Below are positions 61,444-64,000 of a stretch of 64,000 nt of DNA, piece by piece. The position numbers were made by a program, and so were the translations under genes. The notes under the pieces are model-generated. The model was not told the DNA's origin and did not search any database. It saw only the letters and a program-made list of their open reading frames with translations. Position 1 is the stretch's first letter; every line of letters begins with the position of its first letter. The stretch is from Microthrixaceae bacterium (GTDB lineage: Bacteria > Actinomycetota > Acidimicrobiia > Acidimicrobiales > Microtrichaceae): positions 1,381,096 through 1,445,095 of the forward strand of contig JAWKIJ010000001.1 of the NCBI GenBank assembly GCA_041394325.1. Reading direction: 5' to 3'.

Positions 61444-62418
61444 ATGATCGAACCCACCGTCGACGTCGTCGGCATCGGAAACGCCCTCGTCGACGTCATC
61501 AGCCAGGAACCCTTCGAGTTCGTCGAGTCCGAGGGCCTCGTCGCCGGTTCGATGAACCTGATCGACACCGATCGACGTCATCAGCTCTACGGGGCGATGT
61601 CGGCGGGTGAGGAGCACAGCGGTGGGAGTTGCGCGAACACCACCGTCGGCGTCGGCTCCCTCGGCGGCACCGCGCACTATCTCGGACGTGTCGCGGACGA
61701 CCAGCTCGGCGAGGTGTTCGCCCACGACATCCGTGCGGCGGGTGTGGGCTTCGACAACGAGCCCGCTCCCGAAGGCCCCCCCACCGGCTGCAGTCTGGTG
61801 ATCGTCACCCCCGACGGTCAGCGGACGATGAACACCTACCTCGGGGCGGCAGAGCTGTTCGGCCCCGACGACGTCGCCCCCGACTCGGTTCGGACCGGTC
61901 GGGTGCTCTACCTGGAGGGCTATCTGTTCGACCGCCCCGAGGCCAAGGAGGCATTCCGGTTCGCGTCCGGCGTGGCGCACGAGGCCGGACGCTCGGTCGC
62001 TCACCCTCAGCGACCGGTTCTGCGTCGACCGCCACCGCTCGGAGTTCCTCGAGTTGGTGTCGGAACACGTCGACCTGGTCTTCGCGAACGAGAACGAGCT
62101 CCTGGCGCTGTTCGAGATCGACGACCTCGACCGCGCCCTTCAGGAACTGGCGACCGTGTGTCCGTTGGCCGCCGTCACCCGAAGTGAGCACGGTTCGGTG
62201 GTCGTGTCGGGGTCGGAGCGCACCGTCGTGGCGGCGAGGCCGGTCGCCCACGTCGTCGACACCACCGGGGCCGGCGACATGTACGCGGCCGGGTTCCTGT
62301 TCGGAATGTCCCGGGGGCGGGACCATCGGACCTGTGCCGAGATCGGTTCGATCGCGGCGGCCGAGGTGATCTCCACATCGGGGCCCGGCCCGAGGTCGAG
62401 CTCCGCACGTTGCTGTAG
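61444..62418 (+). pseudogene. PfkB-family carbohydrate/adenosine kinase, 2 frame changes (about 61998 and about 62372)
   Basis: ORF 61444-62187 reads MIEPTVDVVGIGNALVDV...SGGSCANT...RVLYLEGYLF. ORF 62054-62527 carries LVFANENELLAL...DTTGAGDMYAAGFLFG. The last codons, HIGARPEVELRTLL, run to TAG 62416-62418 back in the first frame. Confidence 0.8.
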
Positions 62419-62513
62419 CAGGGTGCGGAACGCATCGGGTTCGCCACCGTGCAAACGCCTGCCGGCACGGGGCGCGGGACCGAACCGTTCGGCGGGCCGA
62501 GATCTCGAGATGG

Positions 62514-64000
62514 CTACCGGCTGCTGACGTCGGTGATGTGCACGACGGCTCGGCCGGCTTCGTTGCTGGCGGCAAGATCGACGAGGGCGTGGATGCGCCA
62601 ATCGTGGTCGTCGGCGGGATCGTGGAGGATCTGGCGGACCGCCCAGCACCCCGGGTGCCCGACCGGATGCTCGTCGATCAACAACAGGTCATGATTGCGG
62701 GCGTCGGAGCCGATGCCGATCGTGTCGTGCTCGTCGAAGTACGGAGCCATGGCGTTCAACCATCGCTGGGCGTCCCACCCGTCGTCGCCGTCGAGTTCCT
62801 CCAACCGTTGCCACTGCCGCGTGCCGATGAACTCCACCCGCTGAAACAGGGCGTTGCGCACCAGGATCGTGAACGCCCGGCGGTTGTCGGTGAGCGCCGG
62901 TGGCGGCCGATCGACGGGTGAGGCCCCACCGGCGGGCGACACGCTCGGGTTCCGCAACTCCTCCCACTCGTCCAGCAGGCTGGAATCCACCTGGCGGACC
63001 AACTCGCCCAACCACTCGGTGAAGTCGATGAGCCCGTCGGTCTTGGCGTCCTCGGGGATCGTCCGGAGCAGCGCCTTGTAGACGTCGGACAGGTAGCGCA
63101 GGACGGTGCCCTCGGAGCGGGCGAGGTTGTAGAAGCGGATGTAGTCGCCGAAGTCCATCGCCCGTTCCCAGAGATCCCGAGCGACGGACTTGGGCGAGAG
63201 CGGGTGCTCGGCCACCCAGGGGTTGCGTTCGCGGTAGACGGCGAACATCGGCTCGAGCAACTCGGCGAGGGGCTGCGGCCAGGTGATCTCGTCGAGCGCG
63301 GCCATCCGGTCCTCGTACTCGATTCCCTCGACTTTCATGGCGGCGACGGCCTCGCCTTTCGCCTTGATCAACTGGGCGCTCAGGACCTGTCGGGGGTCGT
63401 CGAGCACGGACTCGATCACCGACACGACGTCGAGGGTGTGTGTGTCGGACTCGGGGTCGAGCAGGTCCAACGCGGCGAGCGCGAACGGCGACAGCGGCTG
63501 GTTCAGCGCGAAGGTCTGCTGGAGGTCGATGGTGACCCGGACGGTGCGTCCGAGCTCGTCGGGCTCGTCGAGTTCCTCGACCACCTCGGCGTCGAGGAGC
63601 GCGGCGAACAGCTCCTCGGCGCGGGCGACGTGGTGGGCCTGCTTGGCCGCGGTCTCGTAGTTCTCCGTCAGTAGACGGTGAAGTGCGGCTCGCCCGTCGC
63701 CGGGGCGGTCGAGCACGTTCAACAGCATCGCGTGGTTCACGGTGAACGACGACGTGAGCGGTTCGGGCGGTGCCCCGACCAGGCGGTCGAAGGTGGGCTG
63801 CCCCCAGGACACCTGGCCCGGAGGTGGCTTCTTCTTCTGGATCTTGCGGACCTTCCGGTCGAGCGCAGTCCGCGCCGCGGCCTTCGCTGCCGCCTTGTGG
63901 TTCTCGATGACGTGGTCGGGCGCGAGTGCGATGACGGTACCCGTCGTGTCGAAGCCGGCACGTCCGGCGCGGCCGCCGATCTGGTGGAACTCGCGGGCGC
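62514..64000 (-). CDS. DEAD/DEAH-box helicase with DUF3516-like C-terminal domain; 5' part lies beyond the window end
   Basis: ORF 62514-63812. The same frame stays open to position 64000 and reads AREFHQIGGRAGRAGFDTTGTV (helicase motif VI). Confidence 0.8.
   Translation of the reverse strand, partial: AREFHQIGGRAGRAGFDTTGTVIALAPDHVIENHKAAAKAAARTALDRKVRKIQKKKPPPGQVSWGQPTFDRLVGAPPEPLTSSFTVNHAMLLNVLDRPGDGRAALHRLLTENYETAAKQAHHVARAEELFAALLDAEVVEELDEPDELGRTVRVTIDLQQTFALNQPLSPFALAALDLLDPESDTHTLDVVSVIESVLDDPRQVLSAQLIKAKGEAVAAMKVEGIEYEDRMAALDEITWPQPLAELLEPMFAVYRERNPWVAEHPLSPKSVARDLWERAMDFGDYIRFYNLARSEGTVLRYLSDVYKALLRTIPEDAKTDGLIDFTEWLGELVRQVDSSLLDEWEELRNPSVSPAGGASPVDRPPPALTDNRRAFTILVRNALFQRVEFIGTRQWQRLEELDGDDGWDAQRWLNAMAPYFDEHDTIGIGSDARNHDLLLIDEHPVGHPGCWAVRQILHDPADDHDWRIHALVDLAASNEAGRAVVHITDVSSR

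Noticed and set aside
1-64000. Search by eye for tRNA, rRNA, riboswitch-like leaders, transposases, integrases and toxin-antitoxin pairs.
   Set aside because: Nothing convincing was found. Intergenic regions are short (mostly under 150 bp) and GC-rich. A covariance-model scan would be needed to exclude small RNAs.

Overview
High-GC (roughly 70% by eye), densely coding chromosomal segment of an Actinomycetota-type genome, with about 60 genes. All coordinates were worked out by hand from the sequence and the ORF track. Three content groups stand out. (1) A mycofactocin (mft) redox-cofactor locus lies in two blocks. Block one (13.9-19.7 kb) holds mftA (a 58-codon ORF below the track cutoff), mftB, mftC and two FadH/OYE flavoenzymes. 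Block two (28.0-36.4 kb) is an overlapping-codon operon of acyl-CoA ligase / ETF-alpha / FixC / FixX / ETF-beta / mftE, followed by a mycofactocin-type SDR and mftF. I found no mftD, mftR or mftG in the window. (2) Directly next to it is a steroid/lipid-catabolism-like gene set: two DUF35 proteins, two thiolase-like proteins, a KshA-like Rieske oxygenase, an amidohydrolase, and a 3Fe-4S ferredoxin with its reductase, plus a FadD-like gene at the window start. Their promoters carry four copies of a KstR-type palindrome (CTAGAAC-NN-GTTCT). (3) The rest is housekeeping and miscellaneous: lon, pepN, ychF, rsmI, a tiny bL37-like gene, a dsbB/tlpA-like pair, MoxR-VWA, WS/DGAT, acetoacetyl-CoA synthetase and others. 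About 20 reading-frame breaks interrupt otherwise well-conserved genes. This pattern points to assembly indel errors more than to true decay, but as written these genes are disrupted. Other features are two perfect or near-perfect coding tandem repeats (48 bp x3.4 and 42/41 bp x2) and a truncated copy of a DUF222-HNH (REP13E12-like) gene sitting exactly where the mft locus is interrupted. I recognised no rRNA, tRNA, CRISPR array, transposase or integrase. Many long Arg-rich ORFs in the track are antisense or off-frame shadows typical of high-GC DNA.
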